A stretch of DNA of 64,000 bases from Podarcis vaucheri (taxonomy: Eukaryota), in assembly GCA_965113315.1 (NCBI GenBank), contig OZ220373.1, one strand, 5' to 3'. Shown here one piece after another: positions 24,482 to 34,760 of the stretch. Position numbers and translations under genes: made by a program. How positions within the stretch are numbered: position 1 is the first letter of the stretch; each line of letters starts with the position of its first letter. The notes below the pieces were generated by a model. That model made no database searches, was not told the DNA's origin, and worked only from the letters and a program-made list of their open reading frames with translations.

Positions 24482-25332
24482 AGATAAAAACATTAGAAAA
24501 GATTAAACATTTTTTAAAAGACCGTATACAGGGCTGCCTTCAGATGTCTTCTAAAGATTGTATAGTTAATTATTTCCTTGGCTCAGGAGTCACATAGCTC
24601 CATGCCCTCCAAAATTTCTCCGATGAAAATAGGGACGACCTAAAGAAAAGTGGGACATTGCACCGGGATGGTTTCTATAAATCTGGGACTGTCCCTGGAA
24701 AATAGGGGTCTGTAAAGGCAGAGGTTTTGTTGCACATTCCATTTGTTTCTTCTTTCTATTTTTCACATTTGCAGTGGACACCTGGTATTTATCAGTGATT
24801 CTGCTTCAGTCCATAGTCTATTTTAAGGTGGTGGATCACAGAGGTTGCTTCCTTCAGGCTCATTAATTTATCTCAAAGCAATTAGCTTGATATGGAAGTG
24901 GCTGGGGAGCCCTTACAAAGTGGTCAGGCACTCCCTCCAGGTTGTAATGCCTGGAATTCAAACAGGCAACACCCAGCCTGTCATATCTAACTTCCTTTTA
25001 CACTGTAGACTTAATTCTTTCTAACCAGTATCCACATGATTAAAATTAAATATTTTTGGGGGGGTAAAAAATATGCATAATGTTAATCATGATTTTGGCA
25101 CCCAGAGCAAAGTCTCCCTGCATTGCACCCCCCTCCCCCACCCCAGTTTTGGTCCTGCTCGTATACTTATAAATTTAAATATATTTTGCTTTCCCTTGCT
25201 AGTTGGCTATGTGAGATTGGATGGAATTTGGTGCAAAAACCTTATACCATTATAACAGTACAATCCCATCTATATCTACTCAGAAGCCATTAATTTTAGA
25301 GGGGTTTATTTGAAGGTAAGAGGGTGCAGGAT

Positions 25333-25598
25333 TGATCCTAGAATGTCCCACTTTTCCTTAGGATGTCCCTATTTTCATTGGAGAAATGTTGAAGGGTATG
25401 GAGTTATCTGACCCTCGAGCCGTCTAAAGGCAATCCTGTATAGGAAAGGTTTTTTTAAAAAAAAGTTTAATGTTTTATATATGTTTTTATATATATTGGA
25501 ATCTGCCCAGAGTGGCTGGGGTGACCTAGTAAGATGCATGGAGTATAAATAGTAAAATTATCATTAGGGAACGGGTCGTCCCTGTTTTGGAGGGCATG
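25333..25598 (+). mobile_element. 5'-truncated copy of the composite DNA transposon
   Basis: GATGTCCCTATTTT...TTGAAGGGTATG, then L2-tail-like sequence, then terminal TTGGAGGGCATG. Confidence 0.7.
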
Positions 25599-26072
25599 TC
25601 TACCATTCTGGAAAATGTTTAAATTTGTTTCAGTGAACTGTGATTAGAAAAATGCAGTGTTCAACTAAAATGACCTAAAATGAAGAATTTGGGATCCTTT
25701 GTCTGAGATCTGTTATTGTGTGTGTGTGTTTAATTCCTTGGTTCTTCCAGAAAAGTGCAATGAAAAGAATGCTTGATTCTTTTGCATCATTTACAACAGG
25801 GAGTAGGATCCTGCATGTTGAACCCTCAGGAATGCAGCACAGTCTGTTAGACCTGTTGGCTGCTGATGCTCAGCTGTTGCTTACAATTAAAAGGCATACC
25901 TATTCGGAGAATTACATAAAGATCATTTATGTTTCAAATAAGACACACCCTTTCTTTTGTTGCATTCTCTTTGCTTACTTTCTGAACACATGTTAAGTGC
26001 ATGAGCTATGAGCTGAAAGTCCCCACTTCAGATCAGAACCACAAACTCAGAGTAGCAGGTTCCACCTTTTTC

Positions 26073-26136
<64 letters not shown>

Positions 26137-26138
26137 TC
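26073..26138. repeat. (TTTC)n microsatellite
   Basis: Direct reading. Confidence 0.95.
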
Positions 26139-26705
26139 CTGCTCTGCTTTTCAATCCAGAGGATTTTCAGAGAGGCTTACAACAATTAAAACCCATGAAT
26201 TAAACAGCTTTTTAATCACATACTGGTAAATTCAGATTGCAGACTTAAAGATGATTTAGTGCTCTTTCGCAACAAAGCCACTTTCCTCTAAAACTGATCT
26301 TTTGCAATAAGAAAAAAGACAGGAACTTTTTGATACAATGCTTGATTGTATCAAATGCTTGATACAATGCTATGTAACCTTCCTGCAAACCACTCAGTAA
26401 ATAAGAAATGTTGCCTAACTGTCCAGCAAAAAAATAAAAATAAAAATCAGGTTGAATAATCAATAAACAAATCCATCTAGAAGCAACCAGAGGGTTTTTG
26501 TTTTTGTTTTTAAATCAAATCTAAAAGACTTGGGGAAATATGAAGGCTATCACTTGACACCAAAATATGTCAAACTTCTCCAGGGAGAGCATTTCAACAT
26601 CAGGGCTTCACCACTGAAAAGGCTGCAATTTAGGTATAATAATGGGTGTAATCTGGGTATAATAATAATAATAATAATAATGGTTTACCTTACAAGGTGG
26701 ATATG

Positions 26706-27270
26706 ATACTATCTTGCCAGAGTGGTGCATGCTCTGGTTATCTCCCGCTTGGACTACTGCAATGCACTCTACGTGGGGCTACCTTTGAAGGTGACCCGGA
26801 AACTGTAATTAATCCAGAATGCGGCAGCTAGACTGGTAACTGGGAGTGGCCGCCGGGACCACATAACACCGATTCTGAGAGATCTGCATTGCCTCCCAGT
26901 ACGTTTCCGAGCACAATTCAAAGTGTTGGTGCTGACCTTTAAAGCCCTAAATGGCCTCGGTCCTGTATACCTGAAGGAGCATCTCCACCCCCATCGTTCA
27001 GCCCGGACACTGAGATCCAGCGCCGAGGGCCTTCTGGCGGTTCCGTCATTGTGAGAAGTAAGCTTACAGGGAACCAGGCAGAGGGCCTTCTCAGTAGTGG
27101 CACCTGCCCTGTGGAACGCCCTCCCAGCAGATGTCAAAGCAATAAACAACTATTTTACTTTTAAAAGACAACTGAAGGCAGCCCTCTTTAGGGAAGTTTT
27201 TAATAATATTCAGTTGGAAGCCGCCCAGAGTGGCTGGGGGAACCCAGCCAGATGGGCGGGGTATAAATAA

Positions 27271-27312
<42 letters not shown>
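26706..27312 (+). mobile_element. L2 LINE 3' fragment with (ATT)n tail
   Basis: HALVISRLDYCNALY, IQNAAARLV and AFSVVAPALWNALP motifs. Confidence 0.9.
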
Positions 27313-27313
<1 letters not shown>

Positions 27314-28746
27314 GACACACATTGGAAGCTGCTACAAATGGTACAGGCACCCTCTGCACTCGAGAGACACATTGGGACACATTTGGTGGAGATGGGTTTG
27401 TAAAAATAAAATAAAGGCAACGTACAATATAGAGAGCCTCTTTATGGAAGTTAGTGGGAAAAGGATAGCTTGCTGCACTTCACAGTTTTGGATTCATATG
27501 TGTGGACTTTCTCGTCAGTGCAGGGGCTGCACAAGCCGGTCACCATCCTGCTTCATGCTAGACAAAACTCTCTGGCTCTTGCAATTGAACAATGTGTGCA
27601 AAGGGCAGCTACAGCCCTGGCATCTAAACCAGCTATCTTGTGATTTGTGATAGCATGACTGTTGTTATGCTGGCATTATGTTCAGTGCTCTTCATCCTTT
27701 TTCCAGGCGCCTTCTCTCTGAATTCTGCAGTGGCCAAGTGGGATTTGTGTCAGCACTGGAACCATATTAGTGTGTGTCATATTTGGTGTAATCATCATCA
27801 TTATTGTGAGCCCCTCCAGACTAACACCCCCCCCTTCCCAAATGTATTCTTCAGCATGTCATTGGAACAATAATAGTGCATTAGTGTGGATTTATATGGG
27901 ACCATTCATACATCATTATGCTTTATTAGTTGTTCTGCAATGCCCCTTTGGTGCTACCGCATGATTGCCACTCTTGCACTATAACACAACCAAGGCAATA
28001 AAATAAATAAACCGAAACACCTGCGGTTTTTTTAAAAAAAAGAAGGTACAAGAAATGAATCTGCAGGTCTGCCGCAAAACTTTTGCAGGTGCAAAGAGAA
28101 ATGAAAATGGCACAATAAAAAGGGTATCTGGAGGGACCTTGTGTTTAACCATGCTTGAAGTGGGAATTGCTTGGGCTCACTTTCCATATTAGTGGTGAAA
28201 TTCTGGGCTAAGTACTTAGTTAAGGCACAGATGGCATAATCAAGGCACTAGGGCAATTTAAACACTCAAAAGCAAATAAATGTGTAATCAAGCAATTCTG
28301 GCTCTCGGCAGCTAACATTTTAATGCCACACCATGTTGTGAGAGAGTAAAAAGATCAGAATCCTACCACCAGAATCCATAGGTGGATCCATTAGCGAGTA
28401 CGATATTTTAATCTCACAGATGATTGAATGCTGTAGGCTCACATTTCCATGGTTTATTAGTTTTATATCTGGACAGATTTGTACATTTCACTTTCTTTTA
28501 CTAGCAGCTTATTAGCTTATTTATTTATGCCCAAATTCAACCTATTTTGACAACAGTACTGAAATGTTCTAAACCATCATACATTTGGGTTGAAATTGCA
28601 CTTAAAGCACAATCCTACGCATGTCTACTCAGGAGCAAGTCCCCCTGAGTTCAACAGGGCTTATTTCCAGGTGTGTACACTAAGACTGTGGCCCTTGCTT
28701 CTTATATTCTTCCTTTACTGTGGTGGCATACACAGGACTTCACTCC

Positions 28747-29760
28747 CAGACCCTCCAAGTGTCCCTATTTTCCAGGGATTGCCCCAGATTTACAGAAGCC
28801 ATCCTGGTTTCTGATTTGACCCCAGAATGTCCCGCTTTTCCTTAGGATGTCCCTATTTGCATCAGAAAAATGTTGGAGGGTATGGAGTTATGTGAACCCC
28901 CAAGCCAAGGAGAAAAGTAACTATACAACCTTCAGAAGGCGCAGCCCTGCATAGGGAAGTTTTATAAATGTTTAATTATGTTGTTATATATGTTGGAAGC
29001 CACCCAGGGCACACTCCATCTGGTACGCAGGCTGAGACCCTACCTGCCCGCAAATTGTTTTGCCACAGTGGTGCATGCTCTAGTTATCTCCCACTTGGAC
29101 TACTGCAATGCCCTCTACGTGGAGCTACCTTTGGAGGTGACTTGCAAACTGCAATTAATCCAGAATGCGGCAGCTAGACTGGTGACTGGGAGTGGCTGCC
29201 GAGACCATATCACACTGGTCCTGAGAGATCTGCATTGCCTCCCAGTACATTTCTGAGCACAATTCAAAGTGTTGGTGCTGACCTTTAAAGCTCTAAATGG
29301 CCTCGGTCCTGTATACATAAAGGAGCATCTCCACCCCCATCGTTCAGCCCGGACACTGAGATCTAACGCTGAGGCCCTTCTGGCGGTTCCCTCACTGCGA
29401 GAAGTGAGATTGCAGGGAACCAGGCAGAGGGCCTTCTCGGTAGTGGCACCTGCCCTATAGAATGCCCTCCCAGCAGATATGAAGGCAAAAAGCAACTATC
29501 TTACTTTTAAAAGACATCTGAAGGCAGCCCTGTTTAGGGAAGTTTTTAATGTTTGATGCTGTATTGTGTTTTAATATTGGAAGCTGCCCAGAGTGGCTGG
29601 GGAAACCCAGCCAGATGGGCGGGGTATAAATAAATTGTTGTTGTTGTTGTTGTTGTTATTGTTATTATCCCAGTCAGATTGGTGGGGTATAAATAATAAA
29701 ATTATTATGATGATGAAATAGGACATCCCTATTTTTATCAGAGAAATATTGGAGGGTATG
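28747..29760 (+). mobile_element. Composite non-autonomous DNA transposon with captured L2 tail and a nested younger L2
   Basis: TIR CAGACCCTCCAA / TTGGAGGGTATG; 6-bp TSD CACTCC at 28741-28746 and 29761-29766; internal duplicate right end at 28873-28884. Confidence 0.8.
29010..29668 (+). mobile_element. L2 LINE 3' fragment (nested)
   Basis: LHLVRRLRPYL...VVHALVISHLDYCNALY...LIQNAAARLV; (GTT/ATT)n tail. Confidence 0.9.
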
Positions 29761-30469
29761 CACTCCCCCATCCTGTCACCGATCGGGTCCAGACTTGTGT
29801 GCCTTCAGAAAGCAGTGGTTTCCTTTATTTGTGCAAACATATCTGGTAGGTTTTATTCTGCTGAAAAATATTAAGCTTCTGGTGGGTGAGGCACATTTTT
29901 ATCTTGTTTAAACTGAGCCAAGTCTTATCATGTAGGCGGAGGACTGTCTGGGCTAGAAGTTCAACCCCCAGATGTTTTGGCCTATGATTTCCATCTTTTG
30001 GGCTCGTTGAAAGTTGCTTCACAGTTACCATTGCCCTTTTCAAGAAGTGGCCGGGGAACTTTCCTGTTCTTTTTTTTTCTTTCCAAAAAATGTTTTTATT
30101 AAAGATTTCTTAAAATAAGTGCATTGTATCTTTTTTCAAGTTGCGTTTTCTACAGATCTGTTTCGTTTGTTGCGGGACATTAGCGTTGCATCCAGTGTTC
30201 GGTTAGGAAGAAAAGGGGAGAGAATGGACAAACTAGGGAGCACCCAAATGCTCTGGCTAATACACCACCATTTACATGCCCTCTTAAACAATCCGGTAGT
30301 AAAATCAGCAGCAACTCGGCCCTCGACAGTCTTCGAACTCTCCTGTTTTGAGGCTAAGGCTTCGTCTTTGCCTGACAGAAACAAGCTCTCTCCAAAGTAG
30401 CAAGAAAGTGGGATCGACTTCTTCCTCGCTCAGTCTGCCTGAGAGAACTGCGCTCAGTTCAAACAAGAT

Positions 30470-31570
30470 AAAAATGTAGCCTCGCCCAGCCGGGTCAGGA
30501 GTCTCAGCTGAACGTCTTAGCCAGCGAACGAAACAAAACAAACTCGCCACCGAGTCTCTTTCGTCGAGCCTCGCTCCCCTCCCTTCTCCACAAACAACCG
30601 AAGCCGAGAGCTTTTTTTCGGTTGCTTGTTGCTAAAGCGGCGGCTGCAGGAAGAGGAGGGACCTAGCGGTGCCTGGCTTTTGGCACCACCGGGGGGGGGG
30701 GTGGCCGTCGGAAAAGCTGCTTCATAGCTGCCCGGACCCTGCCCGCTTCGCTCGCCTTCCCTCTGGCGGGAGTTGTTATTGCCTCGTCCTCGCGCCACAG
30801 AGGACGCGAGGGGGGAAAGAAACCCGCCCGCCTGTCAACATGTCCCAGCCGCAGAAAGGCAAGAAAACTCCCGCCAAAGAAGGCAGATCCGTAAGTAGCG
30901 GCGCGGGCGGAGAGGAAGGCGAGCGAGCGAGTCTGTCAGACGAAGTTCCCAGTGGTTGTTTTTATTGGTGTTGGGTTTTTTTTGCCGCGGGGCAAGAGGC
31001 TGAGGGAGAGAAGCGGGCTGGGGGGCGGGCTGAGGAATGTGCCCCCCCCCGGCGCCCTGTGGGGCTGAGGCAGAAGGAGAGGAGACAAGCGAGAGCAGTG
31101 GGTGGGGCTGGGCGGGGCGAGGCGGCGGCAGCGGCGCAAGTGAGGGAGCTCTGTACGCGCGCGCAAGGTTGGCGCAAGCGGCCCGTTGACCCTTCAGACG
31201 CAGCCCCTGAGGGAGAGGGTAGGCCAGGGAGTCTGCCCCACACTCGCCCCCGGGAACATGGCAGTCCTGAGAGAAGGTGACAGTTCCCCTCCTTCCTAGT
31301 GGGGCGTATTTTGGAGAGGGCCGCCCACCGACAGACGGCTAACTTTCTCGCTCCGGCCCCGGGAAGAGACGCAACGCGTGTCTTATCTGCACGTCTCCAC
31401 TCAGAACTAGACTAGAGGTCCGGGCAGAGCTCGGCAGAGTTGTCCCCCGCGAGGGATTGTGGGGAGGGAGGGAGACTGGCGGAGCGAGCGAGCGTCGTAT
31501 CATGGCGGGTGGAGATTAAAGCTCAGGGCGCCTCCCTTAGGCTCTGGGTGTGTGAGGCTCGCTCGGTGAC
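30470..31570 (+). promoter_or_regulatory. CpG-island promoter of CAST exon 1xa (boundaries approximate)
   Basis: Sharp rise in GC and CpG density, no recognisable repeat, GC boxes, no TATA box; spans the first coding exon. Confidence 0.8.
30840..30890 (+). CDS. CAST: CAST alternative first coding exon 1xa (type I): MSQPQKGKKTPAKEGRS
   Basis: ATG in AACATGT context inside a CpG island, 17 codons, donor TCC|GTAAGT at 30891. The MSQP start matches mammalian type I. Confidence 0.88.
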
Positions 31571-31950
31571 TAACCGTTTCTGGACAAATTCCAGAAGGGG
31601 TAGCCCTTGTTCGTCTGTTGAGGCCGTGACAATGCCTGTATTGTGCCATTTTTAAAATAAATAAATAAAAAAGAACAATTCGGTTCCAGGCCCTGAAAGT
31701 TTATGCCACACCAAAATGTTAGTCTTAAAAATGGCACAAGATGTGCTGGTTCTTCTCTGCAGTTGGTAAACTGAAGGGGTCAGACTTGCCCCCAGGCCCT
31801 GCTTTCTGATTTGGAAGTCTTGCCTACTAATCCCAGCAGCAAGCGGGTTGCCTCTGGCTGCTCTATTGGGAGGCACTCTGTATGTGCTCAGAGGCATTTG
31901 TCGTCATGTGTTCCAGGACCAAACATGGGCCCTGAAAATGTGTTGCTGGC

Positions 31951-32091
31951 TGTAAGCAAGCTCAGTTGGTAGAGCGTAAGACTCTTAACCTCCGGGTTGT
32001 GGGTTCGAGTCCCACGTTGGGTGAAAGAGTCCTGTATTGCAGGGAGTTGGACTAGATGATCCTTGTGGTCCCAATTCTACAAATCTATGAT
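31951..32091 (+). mobile_element. tRNA-Lys(CTT)-derived SINE with CR1 tail
   Basis: AGCTCAGTTGGTAGAGC...GACTCTTAA...GGTTCGAGTCCCACGTTGGG followed by GGACTAGATGATCC...TCTATGA. Confidence 0.85.
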
Positions 32092-32501
32092 GGGTGATGC
32101 AAGCAGCTTTCTAGGATCCCTCCAGACCGTATGTATTTTGTATTCAAGCACATTCAAGAGATTCAGACATCATAATGTGAAATTTAAGTTGTGGCAATTA
32201 AAGTAGATTGAATGTCCCCATTGTCCTAGTGCAACAAAAGTACTATTAAAAAAGAAGTTTCTGAGGATAGGAAACTGATAAGGTACTACATTGAACTGAA
32301 ATGAAATGAAATGAAATGTGTGGAATGATTAACAGGAAGAAATCCTCCACAAGCAAATCAGGATGGATGTTCATTGTCATGAAACCTCTGTATAAACAAA
32401 TCAGAATGAATGCTCAATAAAAAAGCTGGTATAGTCCAAGTGCCACAAAAGTTTTGTGAAAGCAGATCAGGGTGATCGTTCAATAAATAAGTGATCTGGA
32501 G

Positions 32502-32529
32502 GAGTCCCTAGAGTCCCTAGAGTCCCTAG
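32502..32529. repeat. Tandem repeat (GAGTCCCTA)x3
   Basis: Direct reading. Confidence 0.9.
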
Positions 32530-32691
32530 GGAGATACAGCAATCCAATTGAGACCTAAGGAGTTGGGGCAAGAGATTGTCCAGGGCATTTTCTCCAAGAA
32601 ATAAGGGGAAATGATATGTCTTGGGCAATAACTCTTCACTTTTAAAACAACCAGGGAGACAAAGTTTAGAGCTGCTCCTCCTATAACCAAA

Positions 32692-32974
32692 GAAGGGCTG
32701 TAGCTCAGGGGTAGAACATCTGGCTTTGCATGTAGAACAGGCATAGGCCAACTCGACCCTCCAGATGTTTTGGGACTACAACTCCCATGATCCCTAGCTA
32801 ACAGGACCAGTGGTCAGGGATGATGGGAACTGTAGTCCCAAAACATCTGGAGGGCCGAGTTGGCCTATGCCTGATGTAGAAGGTTCCAGGTTCAATCCCT
32901 AGGTAGCATTGGTTAAGACCCTGAAGAGGTTCTGCCAACAGTGCTGAGCTGCATGGACCAATGGTCTGAGTCAG
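32692..32974 (+). mobile_element. tRNA-derived SINE interrupted by a hAT MITE
   Basis: TAGCTCAGGGGTAGA A box, GGTTCAATCCC B box after the insertion, GGACCAATGGTCTGA tail. Confidence 0.75.
32738..32873. mobile_element. Palindromic hAT MITE (family of 9196-9335)
   Basis: TIR CAGGCATAGGCCAACTCG / CGAGTTGGCCTATGCCTG; perfect TSD ATGTAGAA. Confidence 0.92.
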
Positions 32975-33626
32975 AGCCTGCTTAGAACATTATTGCCTAT
33001 TCAGACAAGCTGATGTTCTTCAATTTTTTTTTAACCTTATTTTTAATTATTTTAAAACTGTTCTAATGGTCTTTAACTGTGTTTATTTATAATTTTATTA
33101 TTTCTTGTAAACCACCTAGTGGCTTTATTGCAATCAAGTCGTACATAAATTCTGTTAAATAACTTTTTTTTAGAAAAATAAGCAAGGCAGCTGCTTGTGT
33201 TTCTGTAGAACAGCAGATGGCAGCCTGGGGTAGCTCAGTTCAGTGTTTAATTTGAGACCAGTGTCTAAAGCCACAGCTCAGTCCCAGCCCTTCCCTGTCT
33301 GCAATAAAGCCAATTCTCAGCATTCCCTGTCTCTGCCAACTTTCCCCGGTGACCAAGTCCGCTACCGAGTTCTGCAGTTGCCAGCTGGTGTGAACAACCC
33401 TTCTCTTTCTCATAATGCCCCCTTCATTTTGTCCATATTATTAGTTGCAATTCCTCCCTTACCCCGTGGGTTGGTGGGTGGAATAAAGCACTTGAGGACA
33501 ATGTTGCAGTGAGGTTAAACCCAACCTACTCTAGAGTAAGTGACCTGCCCCTTCCCCCTCAAAGAGGACCTGAATGATATAAAAACCCTCCCTCCACACA
33601 CAAAAAGCATTTCATTTACCTCTGAT

Positions 33627-33782
33627 CATGGACTTAGCCAGGATTTATTGGGGGGCGGGCAGGATTTATGTTAGAGTGGACAGAACCGATCTTTCTTTAA
33701 GTATTTTTATTATTGATTTTTTATTTGATTATTGATTTGGGGAAGGGCAGATGCCCCCCCCACTCCCCTGGCTACGCTCATG
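33627..33782. mobile_element. hAT MITE (family of 36823-36957)
   Basis: Ends CATGGACTTAGCCAGG / CCTGGCTACGCTCATG; TSD degraded. Confidence 0.6.
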
Positions 33783-34349
33783 CATCTGGCCATGTGCAGA
33801 GTGCCTTTCCTTAGTTGTGGGCTGCCAACAAGATCCCATCCAACTGGGAAGCAGAATAGAGAAAGCTCTCCCTGGTAGTCGTAGGAGAAAAGGACAGATC
33901 CATTTCCTTCCTCCTGAAATAAATCGGTTTGGGGAGAGGAACAGGAAACGTTGGGACCTGCCCACTATGAATTAGGCGGGGGGGGCATGAAATCCTACCT
34001 CAGGCCACACCCACACTCAACATTTACAGTTCACACCATTCTTTGAAAGTGCCCACACCCAAAATTTCGGGATCTGTAGCTTACAACTACAAACTACAGT
34101 TTAACGAACTACAGTTCCTGTGATTTGGGGGTATGTGCTTCAAATGTGTGGTGTGATTTGGTCTGTTTGGCTCCCTGTACAGTACTTCTGCTTCGTTTTA
34201 TTTGGCATCTGTTGCTACATTTTCTCGTGTTTAAATGTGAATAAATATCTATTATTGCGGGGAGGGGGAAGGGATGTATGGTTTGTGCTTAGCCCAGGGC
34301 TCAGGCAGCACAGCCAGCACCAGGGAGGTCCCACTACAGGTTCTGTACC

Positions 34350-34760
34350 CTGAAGGCGAACAGAGCCCGCCCTTACTCGTCACTAGCCGCAGATCTTCCC
34401 TCTCCCCTCGGAATTTATGCGCTCCAAGCCCGCTGTGGGTTAACTTTGTGCCACTGCCGCCAAACCCAAAGGAGCAGCCGCAACAGGCGCAAGCACCCCC
34501 GCCTCGCCCTTTCTGGCTTCACCGCCTGTGGAGGGGCGGGGCCGATGGCAACAAGGACCAGGCCACGCCCCTTTCCCCCCTCCGCCAACCTGCCCCGCCC
34601 TAGTAGAGGAAGCAATGCAATCCAGCCACTCGTAGCTGAGTTTGTGAGCGCGCAGTTGGTGCTACTGAAGCTGAAGTTTGGAGGGATCGATCGGAGAGGA
34701 GGAAGCAGGAACCCAGGATGGCTTTTGCAAGCTGGTGGTATGCGACGGTAAATAAGAGGG
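34350..34760 (+). promoter_or_regulatory. CpG-rich Sp/KLF promoter of CAST exon 1xb
   Basis: GGGGCGGGGC at 34533-34542, GCCACGCCCC at 34562-34571 and CCCCGCCC at 34593-34600, 120-190 nt upstream of the ATG. Confidence 0.75.
34718..34747 (+). CDS. CAST: CAST alternative first coding exon 1xb (type II): MAFASWWYAT
   Basis: AGGATGG strong Kozak context, 10 codons, donor ACG|GTAAAT at 34748, downstream of GC boxes. Matches recalled mammalian MAFASWWYKT. Confidence 0.9.

Larger units (their letters stand above)
23692..24712 (-). mobile_element. Composite non-autonomous DNA transposon with captured L2 tail, hosting BovB and Sauria SINE insertions
   Basis: Ends TATACCCTCCAAC and GGGTCTG; 6-bp TSD TAAAGG at 23686-23691 and 24713-24718; collinear with the reverse complement of 28747-29760. 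Confidence 0.75.

Noticed and set aside
1-30400. Exons of a neighbouring gene such as PCSK1
   Set aside because: No peptide or splice pattern that I can recognise; listed ORFs are short, repeat-derived or low-complexity.
30669-31280. 203-aa ORF as a gene
   Set aside because: GC-rich read-through of the CpG island; only 30840-30890 is bounded by an ATG and a splice donor.
31951-32023. tRNA-Lys(CTT) gene
   Set aside because: The acceptor stem does not pair and the sequence runs directly into a CR1-type tail; related copies at 598 and 55721 show it is a SINE head.
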